64,000 nucleotides of DNA from the NCBI GenBank assembly GCA_030295235.1, contig AP026129.1:1-64000 (forward strand), in the 5' to 3' direction. This DNA comes from Fistulifera solaris (Eukaryota). Each line of letters starts with the position of its first letter. The stretch's first letter is position 1. A program made the position numbers and the translations under genes. The notes beneath the pieces are model-generated. The model ran no database searches. It worked only from the letters and a program-made list of their open reading frames with translations, and was not told where the DNA came from. Shown one piece after another: positions 51,241 to 64,000 of this stretch.

Positions 51241-53751
51241 TTATACTCTTGAAGCCGACAAAGCATCCGTACTTCGTTTTCCAGGTTGCGGCCCGAACCA
51301 ATTACGGAGAAATGCCAAGAGGATACCCATGAACAAAAGACCACTAAGAATACGAAGAAACACTGACGACCCGGTATGAATACGTATCTTGTATCCCCAC
51401 ACAGCATCTTTGGTGTGTATTAACACATCTGTTGTTCCATCTCCATCAAAATCTACCAATATAGGACGACGAATTGAAGTTTGATGGAACGTAGCTGAAG
51501 TCAGAAGCTTCCCCGTCGAAGCTGAGAGGAGCACAAGCGAATTTTCCCCAGCAAGCAAGACGGGTCGTGTCGATGGCACCGTCTGAATAGTATCGATACG
51601 AGTGAGTAAGGCTCTGGCTGGTTCATTCCAATGAGGAAAGTTAGCGCCCTCTAACAAATGTTCTGAACGCCTTCCTTTGAGTCTCCAGAGCTGCCGTCCC
51701 AAAGTTCCGTGAATTCGGTTCACAACACCCGAGTTGATCGCCACTACAATATCCCAACCCTTCCGACCATCCATTGGTTCCATCAATAGCGGCGCTACAC
51801 CTCGTAATTCTTGTTGATTGGTAGGTGATAGGTAGCCATTGCAAAGGTGCGACGAATACAACTCCTCACGACTCGGTATTCCCGAAAGAACCATCAGGTG
51901 GCATAAAGAAGTTCGCTGCAACGGAGCCGCCACATCTATTTTCGTTTTCTTAAATGCTTCACCTTCCGCAACCCGTCGAGCCAAGTTGGTGATGAAACGG
52001 AAATCGTCATCTGCCTCCTCCTGCTGTAAAGGTTCCTGTTTGAATGCGTGCGTACCCAGAGCGAGTTGTATACTTTCCAAAGTACCATCGTGGTTGACAT
52101 CGGCGTACAGAGCATTTTCATTGAGAGCTAGTCGGCACAATATGCGTCCGTTTTTAAATGAACGCACTTGCAGTCCTTGTTGATTGTGTAAAACAACAAC
52201 ATTAGGACGGCCATGTAGGACGGTAGATTTTGAATGACGCTTTCCTTTTGAATTTGTTTCATGCTGATAAAGATGATGATTGTTCTTCTTGTTCTTATTA
52301 TCATTTCTCTTCATCTTGTCGCTTTTGTGCGAGTGGGCCGCAGGCTGATCGAGATCAAAATGCACAACACGTGTTGAAGCATCTTGTTGGGAGGAATAAA
52401 CAAAAGGCAATGCTGCTTCGCCGGGCAAAGACGACGTCGACGTTAACAGCGGTCGTCGAAAATACGACTGCATACAATGCTGTTCCGGTAGCAACGCGTT
52501 TGACGTTGAGGTCGAATGGAGATCAGGAATCAAAGAACGTCTCCGTGCGACAGAAGAGGTTCCTCTCGCCTCCACGTCCCGTAGTACCATCGGTGTATCG
52601 TGCAAAGAATGCTTTGTTTCGATCGCCTGATCTGACATTTGAAACTCACGCCACACCACTTGGCCTGTTCTCGCGTGAACTGCCACAGTCAATTGTGCTA
52701 CTACCGCATCAAATCGCGGAAGCTGTTCATGAAATATGACCTCGATCGCGGCACTCACCAAAACAAGACCACTATCATTCCCGGCATCCACCGCATCGAC
52801 AAACTGCAAGGTCGATTCGATCCACGAAACGATATGAAAGTGTGTATGCTGTTCCGGAATTAGATTCAACGTCCACATCGTTTCAAACTGGAGTTGTTTC
52901 GCTGGTTCTTCTGTAGAATCCCTTCGGCGGTTGGTGCGCGTAGCCGTCCAGCTATGAAATGTAAGAATGGCATTCGACCACAAAAGCATGACCGATGGTA
53001 AACCTCCCACGGGAGACAAAGCATAAGTACTTGTCACATTACGAGTATCCAATAATCGCGAGTCTGACGACGAAGGGGGCTCTTTTAAGGATTGCTGTCG
53101 TTGTTTCGCTTGTGCATCACACGGTGTATCGGCAAAACAGCGTTGACCATCTGGACAGTCACTACTCCTACCCGTAGGACAGTGTGTTTGACACGATTGC
53201 GCAGCGTGATGCCAGTCGGTTCCACAAAAATAATGTCTAGTTCGATCTTGTTGTTGTGTAGTTGATGTAGCTGTATCCTTTTGTTGTTGTTGTTGTTGCT
53301 GTTGTTGCTGTTGCTGCGATCGTTGTAGGATGCTCTCGCGTTTGGGTATAAGGACATGACCTACCGTCATGCGTAACGGCTCCAAAGGCGGAGAAACTGC
53401 GGATGAACGATTTCCTGGACTAATAAGAGTCGATTCTAGTATTGTTTCCGGTATTTGTGGACGATGATTGTTGTTATATTTCGAGATTGGGAGAGATAAG
53501 ACTTTCAACTTCCATGACGATGGCTGATTATTCTTTTCTTGATAAGCAGTATCTTGTGAAAGACGAAGCAATTGTACAAGTGATTCTGGTGTTCCGTCCC
53601 CGTCTAAATCCATGGGAGAAAGAAATGATGATTGACTCAGATAGAAGGCGAGACGCACTGTTGCAGATAAGGATTCCTGTTCATTCCAAATCAAATGAGA
53701 CAACGCTATAGCGAAGAACACAGCAGCAACATCGCGTTTGCGAATCAGCAT
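51241..53751 (-). CDS. FG-GAP repeat-containing membrane protein
   Basis: DLDGDG, ADVNHDGTL, DFDGDGTTD motifs, PNVVVLH, N-terminal signal anchor and C-terminal TM. Confidence 0.82.
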   Translation of the reverse strand: MLIRKRDVAAVFFAIALSHLIWNEQESLSATVRLAFYLSQSSFLSPMDLDGDGTPESLVQLLRLSQDTAYQEKNNQPSSWKLKVLSLPISKYNNNHRPQIPETILESTLISPGNRSSAVSPPLEPLRMTVGHVLIPKRESILQRSQQQQQQQQQQQQKDTATSTTQQQDRTRHYFCGTDWHHAAQSCQTHCPTGRSSDCPDGQRCFADTPCDAQAKQRQQSLKEPPSSSDSRLLDTRNVTSTYALSPVGGLPSVMLLWSNAILTFHSWTATRTNRRRDSTEEPAKQLQFETMWTLNLIPEQHTHFHIVSWIESTLQFVDAVDAGNDSGLVLVSAAIEVIFHEQLPRFDAVVAQLTVAVHARTGQVVWREFQMSDQAIETKHSLHDTPMVLRDVEARGTSSVARRRSLIPDLHSTSTSNALLPEQHCMQSYFRRPLLTSTSSLPGEAALPFVYSSQQDASTRVVHFDLDQPAAHSHKSDKMKRNDNKNKKNNHHLYQHETNSKGKRHSKSTVLHGRPNVVVLHNQQGLQVRSFKNGRILCRLALNENALYADVNHDGTLESIQLALGTHAFKQEPLQQEEADDDFRFITNLARRVAEGEAFKKTKIDVAAPLQRTSLCHLMVLSGIPSREELYSSHLCNGYLSPTNQQELRGVAPLLMEPMDGRKGWDIVVAINSGVVNRIHGTLGRQLWRLKGRRSEHLLEGANFPHWNEPARALLTRIDTIQTVPSTRPVLLAGENSLVLLSASTGKLLTSATFHQTSIRRPILVDFDGDGTTDVLIHTKDAVWGYKIRIHTGSSVFLRILSGLLFMGILLAFLRNWFGPQPGKRSTDALSASRV

Positions 53752-54769
53752 TTTCACTGAAACTTCTATGTGTTTCTTTTTGGTAGTGAGAATGGGAAAT
53801 AGAGGAGCGAGTGAATTACAATTACAAGTACAAGTAACTGCTTTGCATTATTGCGCCAGAGTTGCTTTGGTGGTTGTAAAAAGGCGTGCTACCAGGTACA
53901 TACAAAGTACCTAGTACGGTACCACGGTACCAGGTACCGTACCGGCACTAAAGGGTGTCGCACTGAGCTTGTGAAAGTCAGCCCTGTCCCTCTAATCCCC
54001 AAACTACGCAGTCCTACGTACATTTACGTAGGTTGGGTACTTCAAGTGAACTCACCGAAGTCTCAAGTAAAGTGAAAGTAAAGTAAACTTCAGGTGCATA
54101 AGTGAAGTTGCGAGTTACAGTGAAAAAGCCACATGTCTAACTGGGATCACGTTTTTGCGTCTTACAAATCAAATCACGATAGTTCGTGACTTGTTTAGCA
54201 CGTCGGCACGCAGATTTACAAAAGTACAACGATCTGACGATTAAAAAATTAGGAATAATATTATGATTAAAAAAACAACGATCCTTCATCACGGAATACA
54301 AAAGAAATAAAATGATTTTTGAGTCGCAAGTTGACGTGGCATGCGTTTTCACGCCAGCTAGCAAGTCTCTCTCAGTATACTCTCTCTACCTACTCTATAT
54401 TATTCTCTATTGTTCTCGCCTGTCCTCCCTGACCTACCGCGAACTATAGTTAGTAAAAAAAGAACATCGCGGTCAAAACTCAAAACGGGCAAACGACCAA
54501 AACCAAAACGCCACGTTCCCCACGTTTGCGTCGCTCTCTGTATTTATCGCGCGCACAATACTCCATGTAATATTCGGCGTGCATTGTTTCCTTATTCTCT
54601 CGTTCGCCTTTCAAACGCTTTAAAAGGTTGCTTGTTACTTCGGTTTGTTTGATGTGGGCTGATCGCGAAACGGGGAATTATTTGCCTTTCAATTGATATG
54701 AAGAATCGAGGACAACTTGTTCATTGCATCCTTTCTAAGCAACAAGAATATAATAAATAGGAAAAAAGC

Positions 54770-56801
54770 ATGTCAGCGGCTGTCGTTACAACGCGAGAGC
54801 CGTCTCCGACATCATCAGCAGAGGAAACGGCTTGTTCGCCTCGATCTACTTCGAATAAGCAACAACCACAACAAACGCCGCAACAACATTCCGCGTCGTT
54901 AGTCGACGAGCAAATGTCGTTCCCCAATCTGAAAAATGAACTCGATGAAACGCGACATGACAATCGATATTCTCCACTCAATACTAATAGGGCTGCAACA
55001 GCAGATACAGCGGAAATTGTACTCGTGAAACCGCAACCGAAACGATTCACACCTTGCAACACTTCTTCTCCATTGCCCGCGGAAGCCAAACGTATATTGA
55101 CGCAAGTAGCACAAACGGGACAGTGTACGCACCTTCCGTGGTCAATAGGCTCTTCGTCGCACAATCTACCTCGGAAACGTCCTCGGACGGAAACGCAGCA
55201 GCATCGGAAGCAAGACGATTACGACACTAATGATGCAGAGTCCCCAAATTATAACAGTTTGCAACAAGTCCTGCGAGTGAGTGTTCAGGCCGTATTGGAA
55301 TTCTTTTATAACACCAAAGGAGGCTACAAACTGGCTCCTGCGGAACGCTTACGGTACCGGACGTCTGCATCATCAGTAGAACATCTGTCAACGGATCCGC
55401 CGGAGCCAACATCCAAGACAACCCCGGCAACAACAGTAATAACAAAAACTTTGGAAGAACAAATATTCCAACAGAGGGTACAGCGTCTCTTATCAGCCTT
55501 GGAACAAACTTCCGTGACAGATGGGCAAGCTCCTTTCACCGTGCAACGGATTGCTGAAGTACTCGTGGCACCCGAACGCTATTACACTCAAACACACAAA
55601 CTGTGCAATTGTCTTGAAAAATTGTTCTTAGTGACTGCTTCGGCCAGTGCCTTTGGTGGAATGGATGGAGGAGATACAGCACAAACAAGGAAAGAAGCGC
55701 GAGAAAGGGCGGCATTGGAAGATGAAAAAAGTCGATTTCACTCGCACTATTTGCGTCGACAACATCATCATCACTTGCAACAGCAATCTTCCTCTCCTCC
55801 TCTATCGCCAACAAACACTATGACGGCACTGCAACGCTATTCGCCGGAAATTTCATCACCCGAATACGCAATATCTGGTTCCCCGGACCGAACGACAACC
55901 ATTCTGTACCATTCACCATCATCACCCTCGCCTACTTCTCCTCCGCCACCCGAATCATCGGCAGAAGACGCGGCGCGCGAAGTTTTAGAAGCCGCGGCAC
56001 GTGCATCCCTGCGCACAAAATTCGATCACGTTGGGTTGGTGGATCAAGGCAATCACAAAAGGGATGTCGCAGCTCGAATGATGATGTCTGAATCGTCTAG
56101 GGGTTTAACAAACTCTCCTCCGCCACCGAGTGTATCTTCCATGGCGGTGGCGGCACATTCTGACGGGACATGGAAGTAGTTTGTTACGGACGCAACAACA
56201 CCATCATCACGAGCCAACTACGGAATTAGGACGAGCACTGGCGTGTTCATCGCCTACGAATGGCGCTACACCGACATCTCCATCTTCCTTGATTTTTCCT
56301 GAGAGTATGCATACGAATCACTTATCCATGTTGCGCGGAACTACTCTTTCTGGGTTGACGCCTTTGGAGTTGGCCGCCTTTTCAGCGACCGACCTCAATA
56401 ACAGTAGTAGTAATAACAAGGATGCGGATTTGGAAAGTCGTTCATCTGCCTCGTCTGATATTGACTCTGAGTCAGATGACATTTCCTTGGACGATTCTGC
56501 GTCCGATCGGAGCGACGGTTCTTCCGATCCTGAACCATTAACGACCCGAGCCATGGTGTGGCGTCAACAACAGCAACAACGCTTATCTCAATCGCAACGT
56601 CTGCAACTTTGGAGTTCCTTGCAAGTCCAACAGCAACTGGCTTCTACAAACAGCAATGTGAGTGCTTTAAACAGCAGCAGTTCTAATAATCTTTCGAACA
56701 GCAACGCGAACGAAGGCGGAGACAGTGAAGGCCCTCCTCACGAAAGTCGTACGGATGATTCGGGCGGTAGTGATTCTTCCATGTCGGACATGACAGATTG
56801 A
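54770..56801 (+). CDS. PPP4R2-like protein phosphatase 4 regulatory subunit with long disordered tail
   Basis: APFTVQRIAEVLVAPERYY...KLCNCLEK motif. Frameshift near 56160. Confidence 0.7.
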
Positions 56802-56864
56802 CGAAGAGAATAAACCCGTACATTTGTGGTGTTAGTATTGTATTAGAATGACTCTTCCTACCGT

Positions 56865-57519
56865 TTAGCTCCTCGGTTTCGCGCACTTTCTTGATTCTTC
56901 AATGCCGGTTTCCGGACATACCATTGTATTCCAGCTCTTTGGTTGCATGACTGTCCCACTTTTTGCGGAAAGTGCATACCATACACCCAATTGCGGTTCT
57001 GCTAAGGTCAACATATACCGTTGTGTATCTCCAAGCGACAAAACACGTGCAACAATCCAGTCCCCCGGTCGCACCGCTTCGATGACTTGCCACGAAGTCT
57101 TGTTATTATTGTTATTACTATTCGTATTTGTCGTATGAGTCACCGGTACAGTAGAACCAATGTCTTCTCTCCGCACAATGGCTTCTGTCGGATATTGTAA
57201 AGTTCCTCCTGTTTCCGTCGCAAAGATGGAAACATGCGCTTCGCGTCCAGGAAACGCGATCGACTTTGGCCAGTACAATTTGCCCTACCAAAATGACACG
57301 ACGACTCGCAAAGTCTTGTTCTTGAGGAGGTGTCACTGTTATTAGCGACTGTTGTTCTTGCTGTTGTAATGATAAACGACCCGCTGTCGAAGCATACAAA
57401 TGTCCTTTGCGCGCACTCGTTCCTGGACCCGGTAATGTTGTCTTGAAAAACGAACCCAAGCGATCTCCTGGAACGACAAACGAGTCGATTTCGTAGCGTA
57501 ATCGCAGATTGCTGCTCAT
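56865..57519 (-). CDS. CSL4: Exosome cap subunit Csl4/EXOSC1
   Basis: VVPGDRLG...PGPGT, RPGDWIVARVLSLGD, LGV..A.S..G..M.P.SW..M.CP.TG..E.RKCAKP. One frameshift. Confidence 0.9.
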
Positions 57520-57838
57520 TATTATTTTGTTGATGTTATGCTTGTGGTTTTGTGACAAGCAACTAATAATTGTGAACGACAAGTACATAGAGACCTACTC
57601 TACATCATCATTCTCATCATCCCTTCACAATCATCACTTTCCATCGTCGTCAAAATTCGTCCTACTTCCTACTCCGTAGTAATTTCTTTACCCAGGACGA
57701 AACAAGGACGGACCATTGACTACCATTGTCATTGTGACAAAAATGTTCTACGAAGCCACGACTGCAATCCAGTCATGAGGGAGGAGGAGTCAGTCGTTCT
57801 CCTTAGGAACATCTGACGCAAGGAATCAATCTCGTGAT

Positions 57839-57991
57839 ACATTGTGATGACGTGTGAATATAGTCTTTAGTCGTTTCGTAAGAGAAATGCTATATACCTG
57901 CATAGACTAACACAACGAAGGATGATTGGATAGCAGACTGGTTCCGAAAATCATCAGGATGTTGATAATTGATGATTCGTGACTGATATGT
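57839..57991 (+). ncRNA. Candidate C/D-box or other structured RNA
   Basis: GTGATGA (57844-57850) and CTGA (57983-57986) closed by ACAT/ATGT, with two internal stems. No rRNA target identified. Confidence 0.3.
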
Positions 57992-58318
57992 GGTAGGTCG
58001 CACCTGCCTTTCGATCACGATTATTTTTTCATCTCTCTACTCTAGAGTACAAAGTATAAAAAAGTGTTGACTGTTTGTGTTGCGGTATCCACTCACCCCT
58101 CACTGACTTCGAAACCAATGCCGCGATAAAAAAAGGCGGGAAAAACAAATCAAACCTCAAGCAAAAAGCAACTCTCTCAACATCACACAACAAATAATAC
58201 AAAAGCGACAATTGCATACACAAAGCAAAGCAAAACAAAGAAGGGCACTGTGTGCAATTAGGACTAGTTTCGTGAAGACTATCGCTCCTTCGCTGTTTGT
58301 GTAGCGCCATAGACGAAA

Positions 58319-61264
58319 ATGGAGTACAACGAAGGAGGAGAAGACGAATGGGATGATCTCATTCAACAAGATGTGAATGAACCTTATGATGAAGATGATT
58401 ATTATCAAGAGCCTATGGATTATTTGTCAGGAGAAGACGAAGAAACAGAGAAGAATCAGCAACAAGAAGCGAATAAAAAGGAAAGCGCTCCTCCCACTGC
58501 ATCTTCTTTGTCCTCTACGCCTCCATCTTTAGCGACACCTCAAAGTGCTGATGACGTTGATGAAGATGAAGATGAATTGACATCACAGCGACTGCAACAA
58601 CATCCTTCATTAGTTCTCAGTAAGATCAACAACAGCAGCGATAATGATCTCTTTTCTTTTGAAAGGTACGTTCGAAATAGCCTTCCATTCTTCAAGTTAT
58701 TTCGTGTGTTGCCGTCACACTTATTCTACTTCGTTTGCATCACCAGATACAACAAAGGCATGAGTTGGCGACAAGAAGTTGTCACTTCTCCGGATACTAT
58801 GAAAGCGAAACAGTTTGCGCGAAGCAAAGCGACGGCCTCTTCTTTGTTTGCTTCGAAAAACAAACAACGACAGCAGCAACACCAGCAACGTCCTCTGTTG
58901 ACGCACACCATCCAGACACACACGACCAAAGTAATTATTCATCCCCAACGGATGACATTGCGTCCGATACCAGGTATAGGTATATCCGTATCCATGACAC
59001 TCAAAGATGGGCAACGTCTTTATATGAAGCAGACGACAACGACTAATGATACTACCACTACTGCTGCTGCTGCTGCTACCACAACGACAAACTATCCCTT
59101 GGGAGAATCCATGCGAGCCATTCGGGCCAGAGTTGATCGTCGAAGACGAAACGCGGCTACTGTTTCCGCGGCATCGACAACGAGGAATCACGATTCTTCT
59201 GTCAACAACATTCGTACCCGTAAACACGAAGATCAGCTGTGGGTCGATAAACATGCTCCCACTTCTTGGTCTCATTTGCTATCGGAAGAACGCGTTAATC
59301 GACAAGTACTCAAAGCACTAAAAGCGTGGGACCCTTATGTCTTTGGTCGGCCCGCGCCCATTCAGAAACACAATCCCAATAATCAGTCTGCAACGACCAC
59401 AACCGGCACGCAAAGCAACGACACACGTCCGCCCGTTCAACAGCGCGTCATCTTGCTCTCAGGCCCTCCAGGCACGGGAAAGACCACATTAGCTCATTGG
59501 GTGGCAAAGCATTCCGGATACCGTCCCCTAGAAATCAACGGATCGGAAGATCGATCCGCCACTGTGCTCATGCAGCACATAACAAGGGCCATGGAATCGT
59601 CCACTCTAGATCATCATTTGTCGTCTTCTACTACGTCTCAGCACCGCCCCAATTGTCTCATACTCGATGAAATTGATGGCGCTGATGCCAAGGGCGCCAT
59701 CCAGGCCATTGTCGAATTGATTCAAGCCTCCAACAAACAGAAACACTTTCTCCGACGTCCTATTCTGTTTCTCTGCAATCACAAATACGCTCCCGCTTTG
59801 AGACCTTTGTTGCCTTTTGCGAAACAATTCGACGTGCATCCTCCGGAACCTCAACGACTCGTACAGCGATTGCGAGGAATTCTCACACACGAACAGTGCA
59901 TTGTGCCGCAATCTAATTTGCTGCACGATCTGGTCACGGAAACGGCAGGAGATATACGGTCGTGTTTGTTTACTTTGCAGTGGGCGAGGGCGGCGGCCAT
60001 GCAAACGAGTACACGAACAGTTGATTTGACGCGCGCATTAGAGCAAGCTTTGCAAGGGAGTGGGCTAAAAGATGAACGAAATGATGTTGCGAGTTGTCTA
60101 ACGACCATCTTTCGACGCGAAAAACGGCATAAAGAGGGGTCGAATTCTAGCTTGGATCAAGTGTTGCATTCAGTCGATCGCTTTGGAGATTCATGCAAAA
60201 TATTGGATACATTGTTCATCAATGCGTCGCAGGTTTCATACGTCGATCCTACTCTGGATCGGTGTGCCACCATCTACGAGTGGTTATCTGCGAGTGATTT
60301 GTTCCGGTCGTCATTTTCGTTGGAGGCTTGGCACACGCCAATGGCTGCTGGAGCAGCACATGTTCTTGGTCGTGTCGAACGGCCTCCTAATTTGGTGTTT
60401 TCGACTCGGTTCTTTTCTGATTTGCGCTATCAGGGTGAGGGCAATGTAGCTCTGTTGCAACGATTCGCCGAAGGGCTACCGCATTGTCAACTCGTTTCGG
60501 TCTGCCGCGCTGTTACGGAAACCATTCCTTATGCCGTGGCGATTGTAGCTACTTTGGTCGCGGCGCACATTCGCCGTACCGTAACATCTGTAGAAGTATT
60601 GACTCCCGCCGAGCGCGTATCATTTGATCAGGCAGTACGAATTATGACTGGCCTGGGTCTTTCGTTTGTGGCCGCCGATAATTTCCACCAAGATCCGTCC
60701 AGCGGATCTTCTGGTAAAAGTGTACGACTGGATCCCCCTGTCGACCGCTTAACGATTTTTGAAGGGTCATCGTCTCTGCAATCGCAAGTTCCATTGCCGG
60801 TAAGTGATATCACTCGATTCATGTGTTTTGATTCGATTGTACAAAATGACTGATTGTTTTGCCCCTGTCAGATTAAAGAACTAATCGCAAAAGCGATTGA
60901 AATTCGACGATTGCAATCACAGGAAATTGTGGATGAAAGCACGGACACTCTAGATGAACCGCAAATAGAAAAAGCGACTAGAAACTCAGTTGAAAACATG
61001 TCGACTGAAAAAGGAGTGGAAAGTCGTGTAATGGGACAATCTCACACCGCAAATGCAAGCAACTTTTTAAGGATAGGCGCCAAGCAAGCCAAAGCTGCCC
61101 GTTCAGCGAGATCGGCTCTCCGTGCCGGTATCGATCGCTCATCGAAACGGCAAAAGCTATCGCATTCCGGTAGTGGTGTTCCGCTGAATCAGGTGATTCG
61201 CCTCAAGTACGTCAAAGGCTTCACGCAAGCTGTTAGAACGCCATGCTTCCCAGAAGATCTCTAG
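58319..61264 (+). CDS. CTF18: Chromosome transmission fidelity factor CTF18 (RFC-like AAA+)
   Basis: LWVDKHAP, GPPGTGKTT, EINGSEDRS, CLILDEIDG, RPILFLCN, GDIRSC, C-terminal KY.KGFTQAVR. Introns about 58666-58747 and 60800-60871. Confidence 0.93.
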
Positions 61265-61365
61265 CTGTTAAATTTTAAATCCTAGAAACGACAATAAACC
61301 ATGTTTCCGTAGACTACTCAACATACAGACTGAAGAATCAGCACCTTGAAATATTCCTCACATTA

Positions 61366-64000
61366 TTATGTAAAGAGCGCTTTCATGTCTTCGGCGGCGA
61401 GCATCTTCAAACTACCCGCATCTCGACCTACTGTCCCATCGAAAACGAGTCGCTTTTTTCTCCTGTAGCTGAAGGACACGTTCCTCTACGGTACCTTCAG
61501 CCACAAATCTCACGGCTCGAATGGGTCTATGCTGGCCGATGCGATGGACTCGATCCAGAGCTTGCATTTCGGCGGCAGGGTTCCACCACAAATCCAAAAG
61601 ATACACCTCAGATGCGGCCGTCAAATTCAATGCTACCCCAGCTGATTTTAGTGACATTAAAAGAACCCGAACATCATGATCTTCGCGAAATGACTTCAGC
61701 GCCGCGTCTCTACTTTTCACATCCATTCCGCCGTGCATGATCTTCACTCCTAAATCTAGATTAGCAAGGTAGGGGTCGGAATGAAGTCTCCAACGAACAA
61801 GATCGAGCATATTGACAAACTGACTGAAAACAAGCGCCTTGCTTCCGGGACGCCTACGCCTCATTTCAATTAGTTCTTGAACCAGTACCTCAATCTTTGT
61901 AGAAGTTGCAAAGTCGGCGAGATTGATTCGCCTCAAGATTGACCCTGTCGACACGTGAGGCATATCTCGAAGAGAAGGGACTGGAGTATTATCCTTTTGC
62001 CTTCTGAGCTTCGCAAAGCGCTCCCACCGGACCCCATAACAGTAGGACTCTCTTGATTCAAATCAATGCTAAAAGGTTCACGGCAGCACGGACAGGGAGT
62101 GCTCATTTCTCCGCCAGCGCCACTAATATAGTCCACAACACATGTGCGACAAAAAGCAGCTTTACAACACGAACTAGAGACACCATCCGTGGGTGGTTCA
62201 TGGCAGATTTCGCAGTCAACAGAGTCAAGAACGGTTGGAGAGGAAGCTGAAAGAGCTGCGTGTGCATGGCGTGTCTTTGAGTGCACAATCAAATAAGGGT
62301 GATTTACAGCTTGACGCATCTTGGTTAGCAAGTCCTTTTTATTTATACAAAGTGTGAGAAACTTCAATAGCGAAGCGAAAAATGCTCAAGTCCAGTACTT
62401 ACGAAGATATGGGCGTAGTTGTTCAAAAGCGTTCCTTCTGCCACGTAATCATCAAAGCTAGATTTCGTCTGAGTGTACAATGCATTGTAAAAGTCTTCTT
62501 CAATCGGATGCAGACGGATACTTCTCAGTGTTACAAGCCGTGGTGGCAACTCAAGGTCTGCTGCCTTCGTCTCCTTCGTGCGTCGGAGTAAGCCTGCGCA
62601 AAATTACAAGAGTAAGACTACCAAGATGACGACGTCGAAAACTCAAAATGGAATATGACCTTACATTTGTCCAGGACGTCGTTTTTCAGCGTAAACATAG
62701 CTCTGCGACCATCTCCACTGTAACCATCCCGTTGGATAGGATTCAAGACATACTTGTTAAAATGAGCAAAGTGGGAAAACGAACGGTGACCACAGTCTTG
62801 GCAAATACCATTTGCCATCCGATAGTGCAGTGACCTGCATGTGCAGTCTTTTGACGGCAAAAATAATACGCCATAGGTTCGATGCGTAAAAATCGAATTA
62901 GCGAATAAAGCTCCCCAACGCGGTTTTGCAAAGGTGTCCCTGAGAGGCACCATCGATGGATCGCTGTCAAAGCAAAAGCAGCAGCACTACGCAGCCAAAG
63001 CCGTGAGAAGTGATAGCTTGTCAAACAATAAGATAATCATTTCACTTACGAAGTTTGACTAGCCCGTGATTTGATCATGTGCGCCTCGTCAAGAACTATT
63101 CTCCACCAGCAGAAAGAGTGTAGAACACTCATTCTCGATCCTGCGATGGCTTGATTGATCAAGTCATCCATATCAATTCCATCCATTGGATCAACAGAAT
63201 CAGCACCGTCAGACCTATCACTGGAACTTTCCTCGTCAAATTTCTTTTTGCCTTGCCCCTTGGTAGCCTTTTTTTTGGGTCATTTTCTTTTTACCCTTTC
63301 CTTTCGAAATCTTCTTCAGTGCCTGCTTCTGTTTTTCCAAAGCTCGTTCAACCGCCTCGTCCTTTACTTTACGTTTCAAGAAGTGTTTCGAGGCAGTGAT
63401 AGGTGGGTCAACTGTGTCGGAGTCAGAATCCGCCGAGAAAACATCCTCATTACTACTGAACGTGCTCTGCTCCGAACTATCTGAATCCTTCTTCGCTCCG
63501 TTGCTCCATTCTTTCATAGAGCCTTTCATTTTCCTGGCCGCTTTGATGGCTGCCGATCGTGAGGGTCTAACCGGAGAATCATCTATCAAGGCATCCTGAA
63601 TAGACACTTCGCTTTCTGAATCGTAATCAGGTGTCGCGTGGAGTTTGACAGATTTAGATGCTTTGGTTAAAGGTAGCCTCGACTGCGGAGCCTTGGCATC
63701 TTTGGTGTTCGACTTTGGCTTCTTACTGGAATTGTCACCACGGTTAGGGCGACGATCTAGTTCTGCCGTTCGGCGTTGTCGGGCTTGTGCTTCCGTTCGT
63801 CGCGCATTTTCTCCGCAAAAATACTTGAGATGAATCTTCAGTTTGCTGATTTTGAATTTCCCGCCACAGTTTGGACAAGCGACTTTGTTGGGAGACATCA
63901 TCTTGCGATAATCTTGTTCAAGCACTTGATAAGTGGTCAGAACAACATCATACTTGTGCATCATATCAAGAGGCATTTCCGAACTTCGCTTGGGACCGTG
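61366..64000 (-). CDS. RAD16-like SNF2 helicase with RING finger (5' part outside the window)
   Basis: [42 protein letters not shown]3HC4-like [34 protein letters not shown]. Confidence 0.92.

Noticed and set aside
57600..58100. U3 snoRNA or telomerase RNA
   Set aside because: No convincing box A/A' or box B spacing, and no CTAACCCTAA-type template.

Overview
Left end of a eukaryotic chromosome, very probably from a diatom (TTAGGG telomere, CoDi-like Copia, short GT-AG introns, diatom-style HSF/LRR/kinase families). Order: (CCCTAA)n telomere (1-681); a degenerate 3' fragment of a CRE-like RLE non-LTR retrotransposon embedded between telomeric repeats (682-1100); a near full-length Copia LTR element (1332-6718; 6-bp TSD, palindromic non-canonical PBS); a CaMK-like kinase; a 7.15-kb PIF/Harbinger-type DNA transposon (8354-15505; bipartite TIRs, CCG TSD). 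That element carries a DDE transposase plus THREE mutually paralogous genes whose shared domain has an alpha-crystallin/HSP20-like motif order, and it is the most novel-looking system here. The rest is a gene-dense housekeeping region (NPPF methylase-like protein, DHX16/Prp2, carrier protein, EHD, PIG-C, HSF, kinase, ENTH-like, P4H, two tandem LRR genes, ZPR1, CWC25/CIR-like, FG-GAP, PPP4R2-like, CSL4, CTF18, RAD16-like). It is interrupted by two hAT-type MITEs and a second, decayed Harbinger-like element. Many conserved host genes carry single-base frameshifts, so the consensus has indel errors and pseudogene calls are unreliable. All family assignments come from motif recognition by eye; no searches were run.
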